NCBI GenBank assembly: GCA_965208575.1
Contig: CBDBOV010000005.1
Location: forward strand, 640,001 to 704,000
DNA: 64,000 bases
Reading direction: 5' to 3'
DNA from: Spirochaetia bacterium
GTDB taxonomy: Bacteria > Spirochaetota > Spirochaetia > SZUA-6 > Bin103
The notes under the pieces are model-generated. The model was not told the DNA's origin. It saw nothing but the letters and a program-made list of their open reading frames with translations, and made no database searches. Positions 1 to 8,422 of this stretch are shown one piece after another (the first letter of the stretch is position 1; every line of letters begins with the position of its first letter). A program made the translations under genes and the position numbers.

Positions 1-582
1 GTTGCGTACCGTGACCGAGAACGAGAAGCTCGCCCCGGCGGCCGGGCTGGCGTCGCTCACGGCGGGTAATTCCACCACCAAGTCCGGCTGCGGCGACGCC
101 GGCTCCAGATTCTGCGCCTGCACGTCGACTCGGACCGCTGCCGAACAGTTGTTCGCGGTGTCGGATTCTCCCGCCACCGGATCGGCGCATGCGCCGTAGT
201 AGGAGGTTCCGGGACTCGACGGCGCCGCCACCTCCACCGACGAGGCGCCGCTCGCCGAAGCCGCCAACGCCGGCACCTTGGCGGTGCCCACCTGCTCGCC
301 GGCGGGCGTGATCGTCTTATCATCCGAACGGTAGACGCGCAGCGTCGTCGTCGCCGCGTTCCCGCGCCCGGCGTTGCGCACCGTGGCCGAGAACGTGAAG
401 CTCGTCCCTGTGGCCGGGCGGTGGTCGCTCACCGCCGGAGACTCCACCACCAGGTCCGGATGAGCCGCGCCTGGACCTCCGCCGCAGTTCGCTATTGCAA
501 TGCATGCCAGCGCGGCGAGCGCGCTGCACGCGACCGGCTGCTTGCGGGAGTAACGCGCAGTCGACCTGGTGTTGCACGGCAT
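1..582 (-). CDS. Multi-CARDB (Ig-like) domain lipoprotein, copy 1; runs off the window
   Basis: ATG at 582 with GGAGGAG RBS. Signal peptide ends IANC. Repeated PDLVV...TVRNAG...YYGAC.D.VAGES.TANNCS domains. Near-identical to 6126-6698. Confidence 0.85.
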   Translation of the reverse strand, partial: MPCNTRSTARYSRKQPVACSALAALACIAIANCGGGPGAAHPDLVVESPAVSDHRPATGTSFTFSATVRNAGRGNAATTTLRVYRSDDKTITPAGEQVGTAKVPALAASASGASSVEVAAPSSPGTSYYGACADPVAGESDTANNCSAAVRVDVQAQNLEPASPQPDLVVELPAVSDASPAAGASFSFSVTVRN

Positions 583-820
583 TGTCCACTCCTCCGGTTC
601 GGCGCGACCGTACCGCCGGCGGCCCCGCCGCCGTCGTTCACCAGCGGCGAGGTGCCACCACGTTTCTTCATCGTACAGCGTATCCGATAAACATTCCATG
701 AACTATCAATCATGAAACAGGCAGGAATCGCATCTTGTGAGGGAGATTCGCGTCTTCTCCCCGGAGTCGTCCCGAGCGACGGGTGGACGAGCCGCCTAAT
801 CTCCGTCGGTGTCGGCGAAC
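1..820. repeat. Tandem duplication unit matching 6126-7056
   Basis: Direct sequence match. Upstream noncoding 583-790 is nearly identical to 6699-6910, and 791-820 matches 7031-7056. 120 bp (6911-7030) is missing in this copy between CCG microhomologies. Confidence 0.9.
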
Positions 821-1365
821 TCGACCGGGATGTTCCTCGAACAGTTGTTGGCCGTGTTGGATTCCCCGGTCACCGCGTCCACGCACATGACGTAGTAGTA
901 CTGTCCGGCGGTCGCAGGTGTCTGAAACTCCACAGCCGGGGAGGAGCACGCCTCCGAATCCTGCGTCACGACCAGCTTCGGCACGGCGGCCGCACCCACC
1001 CGCGTACCGGCGGACGGTGCGCTCGTCGAACCCGGCAACAGGATGAGGCGCAGCGTGGTCGCCTTGGACGGGCTTCCGCTGTTGCACACATCTGTACCGA
1101 ACAACAACGTCGCTCCGGTAGGCTGCACCGTGTTGACTGCCAGCGTGGCGACAAAGAGGTCCGGTATGTGGTGCGACACTTCGACCTTCAACGCCGCCGA
1201 GCAGTTGTTCGTCGTTACCGACTCTCCCGCCACGGTGTCCACGCAGGCGCCGAAGTACAATACCGCTTTTTTCGACGGCGCCGTCAACGACGAGCGCACT
1301 GTTACCAAGGGCAAGCCCAAGCCCAAATTCCGGCCCGGCAACGGCCACAACCAGACGGTGGCTAA
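796..1365 (-). pseudogene. 3' part of CARDB lipoprotein copy 2 (end of domain 3 plus domain 4), detached by insertion
   Basis: LYFGACVDTVAGES..NNCS and YYYVMCVDAVTGESNTANNCS motifs. Rejoins in frame with 5673-6698 if 1366-5672 is removed. Confidence 0.85.
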
Positions 1366-1497
1366 GAGCGCTCGGGCTAATTGATGGGACGTTGATCGAG
1401 CAATTCGAGGGACAGGATTGGACAGGAAGGAGCGAGGGGTGGGTGTTTCCCGTGCTTCCCGTTTCCGCGATCGGTAAGGAAGGGAAACGGGGAACAG

Positions 1498-2522
1498 CTA
1501 TTGCACGGCGGACCAGCCATGCGGTGTGCGGGTGATGCGACCGTCAGTTTCGAGAGTGCGCAGTGCGGCGGAGAGCGACTGGTCACGGACGCGCAGAGTC
1601 GCACGCAGGGCGCGATGGGGCATGGGGCCGGCGCTGCGCAGGTGAGCGACGATGCGCTCGGCGAAGGTCGAGGCGGTGGGTGGCGGCGGCGCAGGCGGGT
1701 CATCCGGGTTGTGAGACTCGGATGAACCGGAAGGTCCTGGCAGTCGCGGGAGAGTTCGGTGTGTTCCTGCAGCTCGAGACGAACCAGAGGGGGTTGGCCA
1801 GCGCGGGGGTGATCGGTGGCCAACAGATGGAGCGACAGAGGCGCCGGCGGAGGTGCGGCACGATGCTCGACGGTGAGCCGCAGGCGGTTGGGCCGGCCGG
1901 ACAGATAGAGGTTGGAATCGCCCCAGGCCCAGAAGTCGCCGGAGCCGCGCAGCGCCTGGCCGGGAACGGCGGCGCCGCTCTTGCGGGCATGGTGGACGAG
2001 GAGGACGGCGGCGTTGAAGGTGCGTGCCAACTCACGCAGTGCGGCGAGAATGGCGGCGACTTGACGGGCGTCATTTTCATCGGCGCGCTGGAGGCGTACG
2101 AATGGATCGAGGATCAACAGCTTGGGATGCTGGCCGGCGAGGGTAAGGTGGAGCCGGTGCAGGTCCTGGGGATGGTCGAGGCGGAGCGCGGTGTCGAGGA
2201 TGAGCCTGACATCGAGTGCGGCGAAGTCGGCGCCGCGCGCGTGCGCGATGCCCTGGATGCGACGCTTGACCTGATGCGGGGAGTCTTCAGCGGCGAGGAC
2301 GAGCACCGGCCCGGGACAGGGGACCGGGAAGCGGCCCAGGCACGGACGCCCGGAGGCGACCGCGACTGCCAACTCCAACGCCAAGAATGTCTTGCCACTT
2401 TTCGGGGCTCCCCCGATGAGACCGACCGCCGAAGCGCCCCACAACGGCTCGATGAGCCAGTGCGGCTGGTCTGCGGGGAGGTCCTGAAGGTGAGCGGCGC
2501 GGACCACACGCAGTGCTGCCAT
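1498..2522 (-). CDS. AAA_25 / RecA-family (RSF1010 RepA-like) ATPase/helicase; C-terminal wHTH lies in the -1 frame
   Basis: Walker A GAPKSGKT, LAAED, Walker B LLILDP, VHHARK and LRGSGDF. The -1 frame from ~1715 reads FAERIVAHLRSAGPM..RDQSLSAALRTLETDGRI..GW and stops at 1498-1500. Confidence 0.8.
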
Positions 2523-2524
2523 GG

Positions 2525-3364
2525 TCAGCGCGGGCGGCGGGTGGCGCGGGCGGGCGGCGCCGGTGAGAACAGCTCGAAGTAGAGCTTCTCGTCGATTTGG
2601 GGCGACTCGTTCCGGGCTGCGGCGACCAGCAACTCGGCCGCCGTGGTCAACAGCACGCGGTAGTTGCCGAGGGCATGTTCGCACAGGGTGACGATGAGTT
2701 GGTCGGTCATCAGAGCGGAGTTGCCGGCGGCGTTCAGGAGGTGCCTGAGGGCGTCCTGGAGCTGCTCGGCAGAGGCCGGCTGGAGGGCGAGCCTGGTGCG
2801 GACGCGGTTGCCGAGGGGCACCAGGTCCTGGTGGCGCAGCTTGTCCTGCAAGCGCAAGTCACCGGCCAGCACCACACTCAGGAGCTGGCGCGAATCGAAC
2901 CGCGTGCTGCTGAGCAGACGCAGTTCAGCGGCCACGGGAGGAGCGAGTTCCTGCGCCTCGTCGACCAGCAGCAGGGGGCGCAGCAGGGTGGTGTCGAGGT
3001 GCAAGGTCCAGCGCTCACGCAACGCCTTGGCGCCACCCCAGCGATTGTGGGGTCGCAACGGGACGCCGAACAGGTCGCCCAACTCGCGGTAGAAGTCGGC
3101 CACGTTGGCCTGCGGTCGGGAGATGGCGCCGACCACCAGATCCGGCTCGGCGGCGAGCCGCTCACTGAGCAGGCGCAAGGTGACGCTCTTGCCGCTGCCG
3201 GACTCGCCGGTGATCAGCGCGAAGCCACCTTCGCGCACCAGCGCGAACTGGATGCGCCACAGGAAGTTCTCCACCTCGGGTGCGATCCACAGCGCCTCGG
3301 TCGGCAGCTCGGGTGCGAACGGGTTGAACTTCAGCCCGTAGAGAGCGAGCAATTTGCGGTTCAT
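2525..3364 (-). CDS. ExeA/TnsC-like AAA+ ATPase (transposition helper)
   Basis: YGLKFNPF N-terminus, Walker A GESGSGKS, Walker B LLVDEAQ. ATGA overlap with the transposase stop. Confidence 0.9.
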   Translation of the reverse strand: MNRKLLALYGLKFNPFAPELPTEALWIAPEVENFLWRIQFALVREGGFALITGESGSGKSVTLRLLSERLAAEPDLVVGAISRPQANVADFYRELGDLFGVPLRPHNRWGGAKALRERWTLHLDTTLLRPLLLVDEAQELAPPVAAELRLLSSTRFDSRQLLSVVLAGDLRLQDKLRHQDLVPLGNRVRTRLALQPASAEQLQDALRHLLNAAGNSALMTDQLIVTLCEHALGNYRVLLTTAAELLVAAARNESPQIDEKLYFELFSPAPPARATRRPR

Positions 3365-4827
3365 CGGAGATCCTCCTCGGGGTTCTCTGGTTTGGGGATG
3401 TAGGCCGGCGGCAGGCCGGTGGCCGCGTAGTCGGCAAGCAGCTTCTGCAACAGTGGTGCGACTCCTGACGGCGCCGCGGGTGCGGTCGCGGCATCGGTCT
3501 GTCGGCGACGGCGCTGGCCGCCGGCGTTGTCGACCTTGTTGACCGGATGGATGGTCGCCACCTCGGCGCCGGTGCGCTCATCGACCACCGCGGCCTGACT
3601 GAGATCCCAGCGCGCATAGCGCACCGCCACGCGTGCCAGGTGATGCAGCCGGCCCGGCAGCTCGAAGCGCACGCCGTCGAGAGTCAGGGTGCCGTCACTG
3701 CGGCGCTGCGTGCGCCGCACCTTGACCCGAAAGGCGCGCCGCAGCTCCGGCGCCGCCGGGCAGTCGCGCAGCACGTTGTTCGACTCCAGGAACGAAGCCA
3801 GCGGCGTCTGCCCGGTCTCGGAGTGCACGCGTCGGTGGTACTCCAACTCGATCCAGGCCACGGTGGCTTGGTTGAGCCGCTCCAAGGTCAGATCAGGCAC
3901 CCCTTCCAGCATCGCCAACAGACGCGTCTCGATCGGCACCCAGAACACTTCCTGCTTGGCGTTCTGATAGGGCGAATAGGGCAGCGTCAACTCCTGCAGC
4001 ACGCCCAACTGAGCCAACCCTTCTTCGATCTCGGCCGCCGTCTCGGCGCCGCCGTTGTCGGTCATCAGGGCACGCGGCAGGCCGCGCTTGAGGAACGCCT
4101 GCCCGAGCCCGTGGACGAAGCTCTCCGCATCCTCCTGCAGGTACCACTGCGCGTGGCAGCACAGCCGCGACTTGTCGTCCAGGACCGCGAACAACTGCGG
4201 CCTGACCCACTGTCCCTGGCGGGTCAGCACCTCCCGCGAGGCATGATGAAAGTCGGCATGGAACAAGCCGCCGACGTACTCGGCTTCGTAGCTGCGCACC
4301 TCGCGGTGCTCCAGGCGCCAGGCGGCTTTGCGGGCGCCGGCGGTGTGCCGTACCCGGACGCGCTTGCGACGGTACAACCCTTGCGTCTTCATCCACCGCC
4401 GCACCACCGCGTAGGACGGCACCCGCCCCAACTCCTCCTGCTGCGTGGCCAGCACCTTCAAGTTGTCGTGATGCAACTGGTAGCTCCAGCCGGGGTGGTC
4501 CTGGTGCTGCTGGCGGAGCACCACGCGCAGCGCCGCCGACACGCTCGGATGCCCGCCCGCATCGCTGCGTACCTGGTTGCGCAGCGCCGCCACCGGATCC
4601 CGCTCCTGCCGGGCGCGGTAGTACCAGCGTTCGATCGTCGACACTCCCAGCCTGATCGGTCGCTTGCTCAGCGGGTGCTGGTACTCCCGCGCGGCGAGCT
4701 CCCGCAGCGCCTGCTGCAGTTCGCCGCACGCCGGTGGCGCGGCCAACAGCGGCCCGATCACCGAAAACCGGAATCGTGCCCACTGATCGCGGTCCGAGAC
4801 CTCTCGTTGTCTGTCTGATGCTTCCAT
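3361..4827 (-). CDS. DDE transposase/integrase (rve core, Mu-transposase C-terminal-like domain)
   Basis: N-terminal HTH (STIERWYY). Catalytic-like ADFHH, TDNG and PYQNAKQE motifs. RRSDGTLTLDG beta domain. Confidence 0.92.
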   Translation of the reverse strand: MEASDRQREVSDRDQWARFRFSVIGPLLAAPPACGELQQALRELAAREYQHPLSKRPIRLGVSTIERWYYRARQERDPVAALRNQVRSDAGGHPSVSAALRVVLRQQHQDHPGWSYQLHHDNLKVLATQQEELGRVPSYAVVRRWMKTQGLYRRKRVRVRHTAGARKAAWRLEHREVRSYEAEYVGGLFHADFHHASREVLTRQGQWVRPQLFAVLDDKSRLCCHAQWYLQEDAESFVHGLGQAFLKRGLPRALMTDNGGAETAAEIEEGLAQLGVLQELTLPYSPYQNAKQEVFWVPIETRLLAMLEGVPDLTLERLNQATVAWIELEYHRRVHSETGQTPLASFLESNNVLRDCPAAPELRRAFRVKVRRTQRRSDGTLTLDGVRFELPGRLHHLARVAVRYARWDLSQAAVVDERTGAEVATIHPVNKVDNAGGQRRRRQTDAATAPAAPSGVAPLLQKLLADYAATGLPPAYIPKPENPEEDLR

Positions 4828-4934
4828 TTCCCCCGGTTCCTGCTGCTCGCCCCAAATCTGGCCAGCGCAGCGCCCCGGGGATAGATCACAACTCGTGCGG
4901 GAGCTTCAGCGCGGCTTGCATCTTCTGCGGGAAC

Positions 4935-5522
4935 TCACCGGTCCATCACCGAGCCCGCTCCGGCGGTCGCCGGCGCCAGATAGTGCAACGCTGCCACCAG
5001 CCGCTCGGCGGCGTCGGTCTGCTCAAACCGCTCCAGCAGCGAGGCAGGCAGCGACTCCTCATCTACCGGCGACGCAAACCGCCCCCGCCCGGCGCGCCAG
5101 AACGAACTGTTCGGGAACTCCTCCAGCCACCACTGGCGCCAGCGCTTCAGCGTATGCCGGCTCAACGTCGGCGCCTGCAACTGCTCGCGCAACTGTTCTG
5201 TTCGCTTCTGCGTGATCCCGTTGTGCAGGCTGAACGCCAGCACAAACACCGGCCCCAGGTACACCCGCCGGCCCCAGAACCGCAGCGCCGGCGGCGTCAC
5301 CCGCTTGCGGCACCCCGCCGCCGCGCAACAGAAACTCGCCCGCTGCTCATACTTCGCCGGCAATTCCCTCGGCCCGCCGCGCGGCTTGCGTTCATAGCGC
5401 GCCGAGTGCAGCACACCCGCGCAGTGCGGACAGCCCTTGCTCCGCACCCCCCGGGCCACGTCCTCGTCGATTCTCAGCAGCAGACGATGAAAGCTGGTAT
5501 CTCCCAGCAGTCTGTGTAACAC
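4935..5522 (-). CDS. Cys-rich Zn-finger plus HTH protein (DUF6431-like), first gene of the element
   Basis: GTG at 5522 with AAGGAG RBS. CPHC...FCC...GCRKRVTP and HTLKRWRQWW motifs. Confidence 0.75.
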   Translation of the reverse strand: MLHRLLGDTSFHRLLLRIDEDVARGVRSKGCPHCAGVLHSARYERKPRGGPRELPAKYEQRASFCCAAAGCRKRVTPPALRFWGRRVYLGPVFVLAFSLHNGITQKRTEQLREQLQAPTLSRHTLKRWRQWWLEEFPNSSFWRAGRGRFASPVDEESLPASLLERFEQTDAAERLVAALHYLAPATAGAGSVMDR

Positions 5523-5557
5523 TGATGGTCTCCTTGCCTTTCGATTACAAGGAGACC

Positions 5558-5597
5558 ACCCCCTCACGGGCTTGTTGGTCAAGCTCCGTGAGGGGGT
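5558..5597. promoter_or_regulatory. Strong subterminal hairpin of the element
   Basis: ACCCCCTCACGG-GCTTG-ttggt-CAAGC-t-CCGTGAGGGGGT. Confidence 0.7.
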
Positions 5598-5672
5598 TCT
5601 TTTCCCTTCCCTCAATCAGCTCGACCCAGAATCACGCTTATCCCATCGATATTCGTGGCGCTGCTGAGCGAA

Positions 5673-6698
5673 CTCCGTGTCCGACCGCGTCACGGTCGCA
5701 TCCGTTGAACGGTAGAAGCGCAGCGCCGTCGGCCCCGCGGTCGCACTGCCGCGGTTGACCACTTCGGTTTCTAACGTGAATCGGCCCCCGATGGCCGGCT
5801 TGCCGGCGCTCACCCGAAGCCGGTTGACTACCAGGTCCGGCCGTGGCCCCGACACCGGAACCTGCGCCGCCTGCACCGCGACCTGCACCGGAGCCGAGCA
5901 GTTGTTCGCCGTGTCGGACTCCTCCGCCACCGCGTGCACGCACGCGCCGTAGTAGTACGTCCCGGAACTCGACGGAGCGCTCAGCTCCACCGACGCAGGG
6001 CTGCTCGTCGAGGCAGCCAGCGCCGGCACCGCGGCGGCGTCCACCTGCTCGCCGGAAGGTGTGATCGTCTCATCATTCGAACGGTAGACGCGCAGCGTCG
6101 TCGCCGCCGCGTCTCCGTCCCCGGCGTTGCGTACCGTGACCGAGAACGAGAAGCTCGCCGCGGCGGCCGGGCTGGCGTCGCTCACGGCGGGTGATTCCAC
6201 CACCAGGTCCGGCCGCGGCGCCGTATCCTGCACCTGCACGATGACTCGGACCGTTGCCGAACAGTTGTTCGCGGTGTCCGATTCTCCCGCCACCGGCTCG
6301 ACGCACCCGCCGTAGTAGGAGGTTCCGGGACTCGACGGCGCTGTTACCTGCACCGACGCGACGCGGCTTGCCGAAGCCGTCAGCCCCGTCACCGTGGCGT
6401 CGCCCACCTGCTCGTCGGAGGGCGTGATCGCCTCATCGTCCGAACGGTACACGCGCAGCGTGGTCGCCGCCGCGCTCCCGCGCCCGGCGTTGCGCACGGT
6501 GGCCGAGAACGTGAAGCTCGTCCCGGCGGTCGTGCGGTGGTCGCTCACCGCGGCATCTTCCACCACCAAGTCGGGATGAGCCGCGCCCGGGCCTCCGCCG
6601 CAGTTCGCCAGTGCAATGCATGCCAGCGCGGCCAGCGCGCTGCACGCGACCGGCTGCTTGCGGGAGTAACGCGCAGTCGACCTGGTGTTGCACGGCAT
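5673..6698 (-). pseudogene. 5' part of CARDB lipoprotein copy 2 (signal peptide, domains 1-2, start of domain 3)
   Basis: ATG at 6698 with GGAGGAG RBS and lipobox LANC. CARDB motifs stop abruptly at TRSDTE, at the element boundary. Confidence 0.88.
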
Positions 6699-7488
6699 TG
6701 TCCACTCCTCCGGTTCGGCGCGACCGTACCGCCGGCGGCCCCGCCGCCGGCGGTCGCCAGCGGCGAGGTGCCACCACGTTTCTTCATCGTACAGCGTATC
6801 CGATAAACTTTCCATGAACTATCAATCATGAAACAGGCAGAAATCGCATCTTGTGAGGGAGATTCGCGTCTTCTCCCCGGAGTCGTCCCGAGCGACGGGT
6901 GGACGAGCCGGGCAGGACGCGAGAGGTGAGAGGTGAGCGGATCTGTCCCGCCGCAACCAGGGGCCCGCTGTCAGCGCAGGCTCCACGTCACCGCCTACCC
7001 GCGCTCCGCCGTGCGCGAGATGTCTACCCGCCTAATCTCCGTCGGTGTCGGCGAACCGGCGCACCGGCTTGCGCCCGGCCCTGGGGGCGGGTGTGCGAGC
7101 AGTCAACCGGGTGCCGGCGGGGGGTGCGAACGCAGAAAGCGGTAGCGTGTTCCGACAGAGCCGGCCGGTGGGCAGTGCTTGGGTGCCGGGTTTCATCGTC
7201 TTCCATGGCATCGAGTGCTGTACAGATTCGGACCGAGAGTGGAGACGGTGCGAGGCAGCCCGCCGTACCGACAGGTCGCGAACACGGAGAGAAACCGGAA
7301 AAAAGTTGTGCGTACCCCTTGACGCGATTTTCGGTGCCCATAAGCGCCCGCCACGGCCCGTGGCGGCCCCTCCGACTGTCCGAAAACGACTCGGCCTCCG
7401 TGGACGCGGCAGCACCCCGCTGAGCGGCCCTCCGGGCGCCGTTCCACCGCCATCGAGGACTCGAACGAATCGGCTATTTTCAATCCCA

Positions 7489-7497
7489 TGGTATACT
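7489..7497 (+). promoter_or_regulatory. Extended -10 promoter (TGGTATACT), probably the original leaderless promoter of the HNH gene
   Basis: TG-n-TATACT lies 7 nt before the duplicated ATG at 7505. Confidence 0.55.
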
Positions 7498-7525
7498 TAT
7501 GAGTATGAGTGAGTAAACATTCGGT

Positions 7526-8422
7526 TTAACGGTGGGGAGGAGGATTGAGAGGAGCGCAGAGTCGGCGGCGGAAGTCGCGCCTGAGCGGGTAGAGCCAGAT
7601 GTCCTTCCTGGGCAGCGAGTAGGTCTTGTGCACATCGAGTTTGCCGCGCCCTTGGGTCTGTCCGACGTGGGTCCAGTTGGCGGCGCGGTAGCTGGTACCG
7701 GCGAAGCGGTCGGTCTGCACGAAGGTCTCCAGGAGCAGCGGTCGGTAGCCATAGCGAGCCTGCCAGTCATCGGGCAGCCGGCGGCTGATGCGCGCCAGCA
7801 CGGTGGAAGCGAGATTGCGCACCTGCACCCAGGGCAGGATCAAGAAGCGGGCGTTGTTCACGACCAACTGCAGCCGGGCTTCGCGTTGGGCAACGCTCCA
7901 GCCGATGAAGCGGTCACGGGGAGCCGCCTTCCAGGCGCTGGCGCCAAAGCCGACCACCGCCAGCACCTGCCGCTGGCTGGTGACCAGGTAACGCATCTGT
8001 GCTCCCGGCAGCGGGGTATAGCCGAGGTAGTGGTAACGGTCCACGTACTCGCGCCACAACTGCGCTTCGCGCTGATCGGCCAGCGGTCGTACGTGCAGCG
8101 CCGGCAGCGCATCGACGCGGGCGATGATCGGCAACTCCGGTTCCGCCTGCGGGGTACGGTGGCGGTGCAGGGTGCCGTTGTAGTGGCGCCGGCGCGGCGC
8201 CGGCAGTTGGATGAGCCCGTCGCGGTGCATGCGCAGCATGGCGACCCGACAGCTCATGTCCTTCAGTTGACCGTTGGCACGCCGCCAGGGGAGCCGTTCG
8301 CACACCACCTTCGAGAGGGCGAACCGATGGCGGCTGGGGTCCTCGGCGATGATGGCGCGGATCAGCTGCATCTCGTTTTCGCTGAACAGCCGTCCGCAGT
8401 AGCGCAGCGCCTCAGGCGGCAC
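7526..8422 (-). CDS. DUF4338 (DruA-like) domain protein, passenger of IS66
   Basis: YHYLGYTPLPGAQMRY, VVNNARFLILPWV, LLETFV and GTSYRAANW..GQTQGRG motifs. Confidence 0.9.
   Translation of the reverse strand: MPPEALRYCGRLFSENEMQLIRAIIAEDPSRHRFALSKVVCERLPWRRANGQLKDMSCRVAMLRMHRDGLIQLPAPRRRHYNGTLHRHRTPQAEPELPIIARVDALPALHVRPLADQREAQLWREYVDRYHYLGYTPLPGAQMRYLVTSQRQVLAVVGFGASAWKAAPRDRFIGWSVAQREARLQLVVNNARFLILPWVQVRNLASTVLARISRRLPDDWQARYGYRPLLLETFVQTDRFAGTSYRAANWTHVGQTQGRGKLDVHKTYSLPRKDIWLYPLRRDFRRRLCAPLNPPPHR

Larger units (their letters stand above)
1366..5670 (-). mobile_element. Four-gene transposon-like element (Zn-finger/HTH, DDE transposase, AAA+ ATPase, AAA_25 helicase-like)
   Basis: Interrupts the CARDB gene and carries co-oriented genes. 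Imperfect subterminal inverted repeats (AGCGC..GATGGGA; TCGAGC..GAGGG). Flanked by AA/AA, with GAGCG at both 1366-1370 and 5666-5670. Confidence 0.85.

Noticed and set aside
7032-7415. ORF ending FADTDGD as a third intact CARDB gene
   Set aside because: Similarity is limited to the last 26 nt; the rest has no CARDB motifs.
7526-8422. Druantia defence system
   Set aside because: Only a DruA-like DUF4338 gene is present, inside an IS. No DruE-type helicase or other partners are nearby.
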